DNA of 10,591 nucleotides from Candidatus Hermodarchaeota archaeon (GCA_048885865.1 JBHLLF010000076.1:1-10591), one strand, 5' to 3'; numbered from the stretch's first letter, positions 1 through 7,396 are shown. A program made the numbers and translations. Notes: generated by a model from the letters alone, not told the origin.

Positions 1-1296
1 GTCCAGGGTCTGTTCAAACGAACGGTCCTCGAACTCACCCTGACCAATGAACTCGGCCTCGAAACGGTCCGCAAACTTCAGATACTTCTGGTCACGGTCT
101 GTGAGCGCCTCAGAGCCAACCACTGCCACCAAGTCCCTTAGGTCGATACCTTCAGAGTAACCGTAGTACAGTTGAGCTTGGACCTCTTTATGGTCGAATC
201 GGGTCATTCCCTCCCCAATTCCCTCTTTCATGAGTCGACTCAGTGATGGGCCAGGGTCAATCGGAGGATAGACGCCTCTTCTGTGCAGACCGCGGCTCAA
301 TGGGAGCTGACCCTCTGTGATATAGCCGGTAAGGTCGGGAATCGGATGGGTCATGTCATCCTGTGGCATTGAAAGAATTGGCATCTGAGTGATGGTGCCA
401 TTTCTTCCATTAATGCGGCCTGCCCGCTCGTATATCAGACTGAGGTCAGTGTATAGGTAGCCTGGATACCCTCGACGGCCCGGTACTTCGGACCTCGCAG
501 CACTGATTTCTCTCAGAGCTTCAGCATAATTAGTCATGTCAGTCAGAACGACAAGAACATGCATATCGGACTCATAGGCTAGATATTCCGCTGCAGTAAG
601 TGCAGCTCTTGGAGTGATGATTCGTTCAATGGCAGGGTCATTTGCCAAGTTGAGAAACAGAGTAGTGTGTTCCAGCGCACCAGTTTCCTCGAAGGACTTC
701 ATGAAGTACTGTGCTTCCGTGGCTGTAATACCCATGGCTGCGAACACAATAGCAAATTCACCCTCTTCGCCTGGAATCTTGGATTGTCTCACAATCTGAG
801 CAGCAATTCTGTTGTGGGGAAGGCCCGAACCTGAGAAGATTGGCAGCTTCTGCCCTCGGACCAATGTATTCAAACCATCAATGACCGATAGACCTGTCTG
901 GATTGGTTGCCTAGGATACTGACGAGCATAGGGATTAATTGGTGATCCATAGATGTCCCAATGGTCCTCTGCAGTTAGTTTGGGACCACTATCCAGAGGA
1001 TTTCCTGATCCGTCAAGAACACGACCAAGAATCTCAGTAGAAACGGAGAGTTTCAAGGTTTCACCGGTAAAACGGACTGCTGTCACATCAGTGTCTAGGC
1101 CACTCGTTCCCTCGAAGACCTGAATAACAGCTCTTCCTCTACCCGTTTCAAGCACTGTGCCAGTGAGGAGTTCTCCTGACGGGGCACGGATCTTGACGAC
1201 TTCATTATAGCTGACATTGTGTGTGCCCTCCACGACAAGTAGTGGTCCACTCACATCGGATACGGTACGATAAGCAACAGAGGATTTCTTTGACAT
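1..1296 (-). CDS. atpB: A/V-type ATP synthase subunit B (3' end truncated by window edge; not in the supplied ORF track)
   Basis: Manual minus-strand translation from ATG at 1296 is open for 432 codons to position 1: [24 protein letters not shown]...[10 protein letters not shown]...[16 protein letters not shown]...[15 protein letters not shown]...[35 protein letters not shown]...[18 protein letters not shown]...[11 protein letters not shown]. These are characteristic AtpB/NtpB motifs. Confidence 0.98.
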   Translation of the reverse strand, partial: MSKKSSVAYRTVSDVSGPLLVVEGTHNVSYNEVVKIRAPSGELLTGTVLETGRGRAVIQVFEGTSGLDTDVTAVRFTGETLKLSVSTEILGRVLDGSGNPLDSGPKLTAEDHWDIYGSPINPYARQYPRQPIQTGLSVIDGLNTLVRGQKLPIFSGSGLPHNRIAAQIVRQSKIPGEEGEFAIVFAAMGITATEAQYFMKSFEETGALEHTTLFLNLANDPAIERIITPRAALTAAEYLAYESDMHVLVVLTDMTNYAEALREISAARSEVPGRRGYPGYLYTDLSLIYERAGRINGRNGTITQMPILSMPQDDMTHPIPDLTGYITEGQLPLSRGLHRRGVYPPIDPGPSLSRLMKEGIGEGMTRFDHKEVQAQLYYGYSEGIDLRDLVAVVGSEALTDRDQKYLKFADRFEAEFIGQGEFEDRSFEQTLD

Positions 1297-1350
1297 CTAA
1301 ATTGGCCGCCTCAGGTCTTCTAGTCAAGTCGGCTCGGTACAACTCTCCTC

Positions 1351-1366
1351 GTTTTAAGACTTACCG
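1351..1366 (-). promoter_or_regulatory. Putative BRE/TATA promoter for atpB
   Basis: The minus strand reads CGGTAAGTCTTAAAAC about 55 nt upstream of the atpB ATG, followed by an SD-like GAGGCGG before the start. Confidence 0.45.
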
Positions 1367-1382
1367 TGTGGCGGGAGGGGGC

Positions 1383-1892
1383 CTATATCCAAGGAGCAAC
1401 ATGGAAGAAGGCAAGAATTGGGGCAAAAAGCAGTGCTCTGACAACCAGTGATTGGCCTCTGGACTTGAGGTCTCCGGAGAGTGGCGTGAAGTACATTATA
1501 GCTCCTGAAAGAATGCACACCGCTGCCACTATTTCACCAATAGTCACTAGAAGAAACACGAGGTCGGCGTCTGTCATGCCTATAAGACCCAACCATGCGC
1601 TTGTTGCGGTTTCCAAAGTAATGGGTCCGGTCCCGATTATTCCTGCAAATAAGTCGAGAACAAAGGGACCCAAGATGTAAATCGCCACACCAGCGACTAC
1701 AAGTGTCTTTCCGAGTCCGTCACTTAGACCAGTGACATAGATCATGAATCCTACAAGAACCAGCAGCAGATAACCGCGGATGAATAATGCGAGCAGTAGA
1801 TTGAGCATAAGTCCTGCTACGTCTATCCAAGGTCCATAAGTCGGAATCTCGAATGGAGATTGAACCATTAATGACAGTATAGGAAGGACCAT
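1383..1892 (-). CDS. Hypothetical integral membrane protein (about 4 TM) with an internal hairpin duplication; possibly VirB2/TrbC/CedA1-like pilin repeats
   Basis: Very hydrophobic ORF filling the udg-atpB gap on the same strand. The start is either ATG 1892 (preceded by GTGGAG) or GTG 1901. Repeated motif: LVGFMIYVTGLSDGLGKTLVV / LSGAIMYFTPLSGDLKSRGQSLVV. Confidence refers to the gene being real, not to its function. Confidence 0.85.
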   Translation of the reverse strand: MVLPILSLMVQSPFEIPTYGPWIDVAGLMLNLLLALFIRGYLLLVLVGFMIYVTGLSDGLGKTLVVAGVAIYILGPFVLDLFAGIIGTGPITLETATSAWLGLIGMTDADLVFLLVTIGEIVAAVCILSGAIMYFTPLSGDLKSRGQSLVVRALLFAPILAFFHVAPWI

Positions 1893-1936
1893 CGACTCCA
1901 CGGAAGGTTGTCATGCTCAAGCCATTTAACCGCCAC

Positions 1937-2488
1937 TCATCCAAGTTCCTGCTTCAATACCTCGAAGTCTGCTTTCATTACATCCTTGAACCTAGGAAAC
2001 CTAAGTGCTGCTGCGGGATGGTAGGTGATGAAGAATTTACGTCCCCCACCTTCGTAGAATTTTCCATGGGCATCACCCATCTTCCATGGACCAATTATTG
2101 ATGATACCGCGACGCCACCTAGAAGCACAATGACTTGAGGATCGATTATCTCAATCTGACGTTCAAGATAAGGTCTGCAGGCTTCTATCTCACTCCGGAT
2201 TGGAGTTCTATTCTTTGGAGGCCTAGACTTCAAGATGGACGTGATAAAGACATCACTTCTTGAGAAACCTATACCTGAGAGCAGCATAGTGAGAAATGCA
2301 CCTGACCTTCCGACAAACGGACGCCCTGACTCATCCTCTCTGCCGCCTGGGGCCTCACCTACCAGCATCAATCTTGCATCAACTGGACCTTCACCAGGCA
2401 CTGCATTCAAGCGAGATTCATGCAGAGGACATTTCACACAAGATTCAATCTCTGCATGAAGCCTATCCAAGTCCTTTTGGCGAGACAT
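1937..2488 (-). CDS. udg: Uracil-DNA glycosylase, family 4 (atypical)
   Basis: N-terminal CxxCPL, motif A VGEAPG..ED..GRPFVG, KxRPPxNRxP, EIEACRPYL, and motif B TYHPAA. Confidence 0.95.
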   Translation of the reverse strand: MSRQKDLDRLHAEIESCVKCPLHESRLNAVPGEGPVDARLMLVGEAPGGREDESGRPFVGRSGAFLTMLLSGIGFSRSDVFITSILKSRPPKNRTPIRSEIEACRPYLERQIEIIDPQVIVLLGGVAVSSIIGPWKMGDAHGKFYEGGGRKFFITYHPAAALRFPRFKDVMKADFEVLKQELG

Positions 2489-2545
2489 CTCTTGTCATTG
2501 GTGGTACTCGTACCCGATAAACCCCACTATGCCTTTCAGGAGCAA

Positions 2546-4387
2546 CTATTCTGCGACTTCGGACAACATCAGGCCAGAATCGGACATCTCCTGATATAGC
2601 GTCTGGAACTCACGCTCCATCTTCTTCTCAATTGCATCCAATGTTGAGTCATAGCTGTCCCAAGGCGAAATCTTCATTCGTGCAATGTTATCAAGAACAC
2701 TGAACTCGAGGATTCTCCTGACTTGAACACCAACTCCCACGGCCTCCGCCATCTTGCGGGCGAAGTTGATTATTACCCTTAGCATGCGATAGGTCTTTCC
2801 TGGTGGGCAATATGTGTCGATTTCATGCAGAGCACTCTGTGTGAGGAAGTCTTCCTTAATCATCCTTGCAGCTTCTAGAGTAGCACGTTCAGACTCAGGA
2901 AGGGCATCAGGTCCTACAAGCTGGACTATTTCACGGAGTTCTTGGTCCTTCTGCAAAAGGGCCATTGCTTCAGTCACTAGGTCAGGCCAATCAGCTCCAA
3001 GATTCGCCTTGTGCCATTCCTCGAGAGTATTTTGATAAAGCGAGTAACTGGTCAGTGAATTAATCGCTGGGAAGAACCTGCGTGCAGCCAAGTCCTTGTC
3101 TAAAGCCCAAAATACTTTCACAATCCTCAGTGTCGCTTGGGTTACTGGCTCTGAGAAGTCGCCTCCAGGTGGTGAAACCGCACCGCAGATAGTTACAGAA
3201 CCAAGACGCTCATCCGAGCCCAGAGTCCTCACTCGACCACCCCTCTCGTAGAACTGAGCTAGTCTTGATCCAAGATATGCAGGGTATCCCTCCTCGGATG
3301 GTAGCTGGCCAAGTCGGCCAGATATCTCACGTAGTGCCTCCGCCCAACGAGAGGTCGAGTCGGCCATCAGAGCAACATCATAGCCCTGATCTCTGAAGTA
3401 TTCTGCCAATGTTACTGCCACATAGATTGAGGCTTCACGTGCAGCTACCGGCATATTTGAGGTGTTGGCAATGAGAACTGTTCGCTCCATCAGAGGACGA
3501 CCACTCTGTGGATCTTTCAGATGAGGCCATTCCTCAAGAGCCTCTGTCATCTCGTTCCCACGTTCTCCGCAACCAACGTAGACAACTACCTGAGCATCAG
3601 CCCACTTGGCGAACTGATGGAGTGTAACTGTTTTGCCTGTTCCAAATCCTCCAGGAATAGCTCCAGTGCCACCTTTAGCCTGTGGCATGAAAGTGTCAAT
3701 GACTCTCTGACCAGTGACGAGAGGAGTGTCCATAGGGAAACGATCCTTGAAAGGTCGTCCAATCCTAACAGGAGTCTTTTGCAGCATTACCACGTCATGA
3801 ACATCACCAAAGCTGTCCTTTACCTTACAGATTGTTTCTACAACTGTATATTCGCCTGGTGATACTATCTCAACAACTTCTCCTTTCACACCTAGGGGAA
3901 TAAGAATCTTTGATGTGATAATCTGTGTTTCAGGGACTTCTCCGATGATATCACCAGGTTCAACATTGTCGCCAACTTTGACTAGCGGTTTGAACTCCCA
4001 TTTCTTTTCCTTATCAATTCCCTCGACTGTCAGACCTCTGGAGATGAAGTCACCAGACATATCACGAAGCTCTGGCAAGGGGCGCTGTATGCCGTCATAA
4101 ATGGCACCAAGAAGACCAGGTCCTACCTCTACCGATAGGGAATCTCCAGTAGGCTCAACTGGTTCACCAGGTGCTAACCCGGACGTTTCTTCGTACACCT
4201 GCACTGTGCAGGTACCTTCACCAACTTCGATAACCTCCCCTATGAGCTGTTCCTCACCCACACGTACGACCTCATACATGCGTACCGAGGGGAGCCCTAC
4301 ACACCTCACGACGGGTCCGGCAATGCTCTCAATTCTACCACTGTCATGGCTCATCTTCATTTGCTCCATCATTGCAAGGTTAGACAT
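2546..4387 (-). CDS. atpA: A/V-type ATP synthase catalytic subunit A
   Basis: QVYEETSGL, P-loop GGFGTGKT, VYVGCGERGNEM, IANTSNMPVAAREAS, MADSTSRWAEALRE, EEGYPAYL and GAVSPPGGDFSEPVTQ. The start is ambiguous: ATG 4387 overlaps the atpF stop, the ORF track gives 4402, and several further Met codons lie downstream. No intein is present. Confidence 0.98.
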   Translation of the reverse strand: MSNLAMMEQMKMSHDSGRIESIAGPVVRCVGLPSVRMYEVVRVGEEQLIGEVIEVGEGTCTVQVYEETSGLAPGEPVEPTGDSLSVEVGPGLLGAIYDGIQRPLPELRDMSGDFISRGLTVEGIDKEKKWEFKPLVKVGDNVEPGDIIGEVPETQIITSKILIPLGVKGEVVEIVSPGEYTVVETICKVKDSFGDVHDVVMLQKTPVRIGRPFKDRFPMDTPLVTGQRVIDTFMPQAKGGTGAIPGGFGTGKTVTLHQFAKWADAQVVVYVGCGERGNEMTEALEEWPHLKDPQSGRPLMERTVLIANTSNMPVAAREASIYVAVTLAEYFRDQGYDVALMADSTSRWAEALREISGRLGQLPSEEGYPAYLGSRLAQFYERGGRVRTLGSDERLGSVTICGAVSPPGGDFSEPVTQATLRIVKVFWALDKDLAARRFFPAINSLTSYSLYQNTLEEWHKANLGADWPDLVTEAMALLQKDQELREIVQLVGPDALPESERATLEAARMIKEDFLTQSALHEIDTYCPPGKTYRMLRVIINFARKMAEAVGVGVQVRRILEFSVLDNIARMKISPWDSYDSTLDAIEKKMEREFQTLYQEMSDSGLMLSEVAE

Positions 4388-4703
4388 TAATATCGATGCC
4401 AACGGCCCTCCGGATCAATTCTCGCAAGACGTTCTCATACGCGCCGGTGGATCCCTCTCTGTCTGGTATCAACAGAATGACCGGGACTGGTGCTTCGGAT
4501 AGCTCCATAACCGTGGCTTCAATAGGTTTGGCGAGGGGTTCTGTGATGACTATGAGCCCAGTATCTGGGTCTCTGAAGTATCTGATCAGCACATTTCGTG
4601 TTTCTTCAGGAGTAGTGGGAATGGCACATTCATTGGCTCCAACCATCTGAAAGCCAGTGACTGTGTCCCTGTCTCCAATGACTACGATTTTGTTGCCGAC
4701 CAT
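4380..4703 (-). CDS. atpF: A/V-type ATP synthase subunit F
   Basis: MVGNKIVVIGDRDTVTGFQMVG...GLIVITE...PVILLIPD...LRELIRRAVGIDI. The start is placed at ATG 4703 (GTGGAG 6 nt upstream, 107 aa) rather than the ORF-track 4769. Confidence 0.95.
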   Translation of the reverse strand: MVGNKIVVIGDRDTVTGFQMVGANECAIPTTPEETRNVLIRYFRDPDTGLIVITEPLAKPIEATVMELSEAPVPVILLIPDREGSTGAYENVLRELIRRAVGIDINV

Positions 4704-4777
4704 TTGTTGCTCCACGCCGTACTGGTTATTTCGGGGTTGAAGCAGTATTCTGCTGAGGGCCAGCAACAAAAGTCGGG

Positions 4778-4796
4778 ATAATTAAGGTTTTCATTC
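4778..4796 (-). promoter_or_regulatory. Putative BRE/TATA promoter for atpF-atpA
   Basis: The minus strand reads GAATGAAAACCTTAATTAT, a purine-rich BRE followed by an AT-rich box. A near-identical copy lies at 7378-7396 on the plus strand. Confidence 0.55.
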
Positions 4797-4817
4797 GACA
4801 TAGTGGCATAACATGTA

Positions 4818-5309
4818 TCATTTTGGCTCAGTAAACTGAGCAATGATGTCAGTTTCATCAACCATTGTCCAGCAGTAGTGGCATTTGAGAGAAACCGGGT
4901 CTTTCGATACAACTTGAAACTTGGGTGTGACAGGCTCTCGCTCCTTGTTCGTCACACAACGCTGGTTTGGACAGGTAATGACATCATCAATCATATCTGG
5001 TAACTGGATACGAGTCTTTTTGGTCACCTTACCTTCCTCTATGAGATTCAGAGTTGCATCTGGTGCCACCAAGGCAACTCGGGCCACTTCGTGATCTTCA
5101 AGGAATCTATGTTCCAACTTTACAATGTCCTTCTGTCCAGTCTTGGAGCTACTAATGTTCATTGCGAGTGTGACAGTGTAGTCCTCTTTACCAGTGATTC
5201 CAAGGATTTGAAGGACCTGCAGGGCATGACCAGCTGTGATGTGGTCAATCACAGTTCCATCAGAAATCTTGACGATACGAATGCCTTCGACCTTCTTCCT
5301 TTCACTCAT
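4818..5309 (-). CDS. pyrI: Aspartate carbamoyltransferase regulatory subunit
   Basis: ISDGTVIDHI, MNISSSKTGQKDIVK, APDATLNLI, and Zn ligands CPNQRC ... CHYC. Confidence 0.97.
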   Translation of the reverse strand: MSERKKVEGIRIVKISDGTVIDHITAGHALQVLQILGITGKEDYTVTLAMNISSSKTGQKDIVKLEHRFLEDHEVARVALVAPDATLNLIEEGKVTKKTRIQLPDMIDDVITCPNQRCVTNKEREPVTPKFQVVSKDPVSLKCHYCWTMVDETDIIAQFTEPK

Positions 5310-5448
5310 TTGTTTCCACTGGGAGTCTAGGGACTATCCTGTTGGTTTTATCCTTTCCCATCTTTTTCTGCTATCAGGCGCCAATGTTGAAAGCGAAGGT
5401 TGATATGCAGAACGACCGGACAGCATTTCGATATCACGGTGACACACT
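5310..5448. promoter_or_regulatory. Divergent promoter region between pyrI and srp54
   Basis: 139-nt intergenic gap. The minus strand has GGAAAGGATAAAA (about 5346-5358) upstream of pyrI. The plus strand has CGAAGGTTGATAT (5394-5406) and an SD GGTGA (5438-5442) upstream of srp54. Confidence 0.5.
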
Positions 5449-6792
5449 TTGGTCCTTGAAGGTCTTGGAAAAGCGCTGAACTCGGCGCTGAAGAAGCTGT
5501 TTGGTGCTAGCATCATAGATGAGGAGCTTGTGAAGGAACTCGCAAAAGACATACAACGTGCGCTTCTGGTTGCTGATGTCGATGTCACACTTGTCATGGC
5601 TATTACAAAGAGGGTGGAGGAACAGGCTCTCGATGAGTCCCTCCCCAGGGGAATTTCACGCCGCGAGCACATAGTCAAGGTGGTTTGGGATACACTCGCA
5701 TATTACTTGGGCGAGAAGACAGTTCCTTTGACGATTAATCCTGGTAAATCAAACCTAGTAATGATGGTGGGTATACAGGGTTCAGGAAAGACGACCACAG
5801 TAGGCAAACTTGCACGATATTTCCAGAAAAGAGGAATAAAGACTGGTGTCATTTGTGCTGACAACTTCAGACCTGGTGCATATGACCAGCTGAAACAGCT
5901 GGCTGAGCGTTCTAATGTGCCCTTCTGGGGAGATGAAAAGGAGAAGGATGCCGTCAAGCTTGCAAAGAGGGGCTTTGACGACATGAAGAAAAGGGGTGTT
6001 GAACTCATTCTGCTGGACACCTCAGGCAGACATCGTGAAGAAACAGGCCTGATTAAGGAAATGCGAGATATCTCAAAGGCAGTCAAACCTCAAGAGATTG
6101 TACTCGTGATTGATGGTACTTTAGGCCAGCAAGCTGGTGTGCAGGCTGCAGCATTTAGAGACGCCACGGACATTGGTTCGATCATAGTCACCAAACTCGA
6201 TGGTAGTGCTAAGGGAGGTGGTGCCTTATCAGCAGTAGCGGCAACTGGGGCTCCGATTAAGTTTCTTGGAACAGGAGAGGGGATGGACGCTGTCGAACCG
6301 TTCAATCCCACCAAGTTTGCTGGACGGCTGCTTGGAATGTCTGACATCAAGGGCCTCATTGAGAAGGTCAGGGAGGCTCAGATAGAGGTCGACGAAGACG
6401 CTACTATGCGGTTCATGAAAGGACAGTTCTCGCTAAATGACATGATGGCTCAACTCAAGCAGCTAAAGAAAATGGGCCCTATTGGCAAGGTCATGGAGAT
6501 GCTTGGACTTCAATACAAGCTACCGGATGATATAGCACAGATCCAAGAAGAGAACATGAAGAAGTGGGAAGTCATCATGAGCTCGATGACCAAGGAAGAG
6601 TTGGACACACCGAAGATCATTAAATCATCGCGCATCCAGAGAATTGCGAAGGGTTCAGGCACATACCCGCGTGATGTCCGCGAACTTCTGAAGCAGCATC
6701 AGCAGATGCAGAAAATGATGAAGCAAATGGGCAAATCGCGTAGAGGAAGGCGTGGTGGAATGCCAGGGATACCCGGTTTGCCTGGTATGTAA
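5449..6792 (+). CDS. srp54: Signal recognition particle 54 kDa protein
   Basis: N domain DIQRALLVADV, G1 GIQGSGKTT, DNFRPGA, DTSGRH, TKLDGSAKGGGALS, GTGE, and a Met-rich M domain with SMTKEE...SRIQRIAKGSG. TTG start. Confidence 0.99.
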   Translation: MVLEGLGKALNSALKKLFGASIIDEELVKELAKDIQRALLVADVDVTLVMAITKRVEEQALDESLPRGISRREHIVKVVWDTLAYYLGEKTVPLTINPGKSNLVMMVGIQGSGKTTTVGKLARYFQKRGIKTGVICADNFRPGAYDQLKQLAERSNVPFWGDEKEKDAVKLAKRGFDDMKKRGVELILLDTSGRHREETGLIKEMRDISKAVKPQEIVLVIDGTLGQQAGVQAAAFRDATDIGSIIVTKLDGSAKGGGALSAVAATGAPIKFLGTGEGMDAVEPFNPTKFAGRLLGMSDIKGLIEKVREAQIEVDEDATMRFMKGQFSLNDMMAQLKQLKKMGPIGKVMEMLGLQYKLPDDIAQIQEENMKKWEVIMSSMTKEELDTPKIIKSSRIQRIAKGSGTYPRDVRELLKQHQQMQKMMKQMGKSRRGRRGGMPGIPGLPGM

Positions 6793-6824
6793 TGGTTTCT
6801 GTCATCTATTTGAGAGGAATTGCT

Positions 6825-7379
6825 ATGACAGGCCGGCGTTTTCTGGTCCTGTTTGACCGCTTTCCGATAGAAGAAGACCAAGTGAGGTCTGGAAAGAACA
6901 TTCCTGAAGTCATCATCGCATCTCGATGTGTTAACGTGGCTCTGTTTGTATCAGGAAACCTTCGTAGAAATGTGTCAATCAGCATCGCATGGGGCAATCC
7001 TAAGGATCTTCACGTAGTTACATTTCCAGGTGAAACCATCAAACGCGTGTCACCTGATGAGCGTTCAATCTCATTCTTTCTACTGAAGGCATCTCGTAAG
7101 GTGAGGGATCTGTCTTTGGGTCAGTCTGTGATAATGGATAACGGCATCGAAGTGATGCGAGCAGACCGAGATGCTCTGGTGAAAGCTTGGAAGCCATCAA
7201 GCGTGTATCTGGCTCTTGAGGGGAGCAAGGATTCAGATTTTGAAAAGACAGGTTTGTTTGTATATGGTTTGGGCATGCATGCAAATCCAGAAGGCATGAC
7301 AGAATCTACAGCTCTTCCTAGGCCACCAAATCCTGAAAGGTTCATACTCGACATGAATCTGATGTCGGATAGGGAATGA
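6825..7379 (+). CDS. TrmY-like (tRNA pseudouridine-54 N1-methyltransferase family) SPOUT protein, degenerate
   Basis: RRF..., SRCVNVALFVSGNLRRNV and FPGETIKRVSPDERSI...LKA match the TrmY N-terminal and central signature, but the C-terminal SAM-knot motifs are not recognisable. The start is ATG 6825 (GAGAGG upstream) or ATG 6792 overlapping the srp54 stop. Confidence 0.75.
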   Translation: MTGRRFLVLFDRFPIEEDQVRSGKNIPEVIIASRCVNVALFVSGNLRRNVSISIAWGNPKDLHVVTFPGETIKRVSPDERSISFFLLKASRKVRDLSLGQSVIMDNGIEVMRADRDALVKAWKPSSVYLALEGSKDSDFEKTGLFVYGLGMHANPEGMTESTALPRPPNPERFILDMNLMSDRE

Positions 7380-7396
7380 TTGAAAACCTTCATAAT
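7378..7396 (+). promoter_or_regulatory. Putative BRE/TATA promoter for the GTPase-trmJ genes
   Basis: GATTGAAAACCTTCATAAT, identical at 16 of 19 positions to the element upstream of atpF. SD GGTG at 7438-7441. Confidence 0.5.

Noticed and set aside
1383-1901. Membrane protein as a duplicated V-type c/K proteolipid subunit
   Set aside because: It has four TMs and sits within the ATPase locus, but it lacks the Gly/Ala-rich c-ring helix pattern. The only membrane-embedded Glu (E123) is in the first helix of hairpin 2, not at the conserved second-helix ion-binding position.
1297-2545. The udg plus membrane gene insert as a mobile element
   Set aside because: No transposase, integrase, terminal inverted repeats or target duplication was seen, and base composition looks like the flanks.
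3540-3670. Possible intein in atpA at the known VMA insertion sites
   Set aside because: The P-loop and VGCGERGNE regions are uninterrupted and the protein length is normal.
4741-4765. Two overlapping short inverted repeats upstream of atpF (AGCAG-n4-CTGCT and TGCTG-n5-CAGCA) as a possible RNA switch
   Set aside because: The stems are only 5 bp, which is expected by chance, and one probably straddles the predicted TSS.
614-5330. Plus-strand ORFs 614-799, 1221-1451, 1366-1680, 1913-2101, 2235-2459, 2296-2520, 2814-3035, 3521-3862, 3915-4100, 4101-4502, 4396-4650, 5091-5330 and off-frame minus-strand ORFs 1720-1944, 4682-4912
   Set aside because: These are antisense or alternate-frame shadows of well-supported genes, with no recognisable motifs.
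6736-6792. SRP54 C-terminal RRGRRGG-MPG-IPG-LPG-M repeat
   Set aside because: Gly/Met/Pro-rich low-complexity tails are ordinary for SRP54/Ffh.
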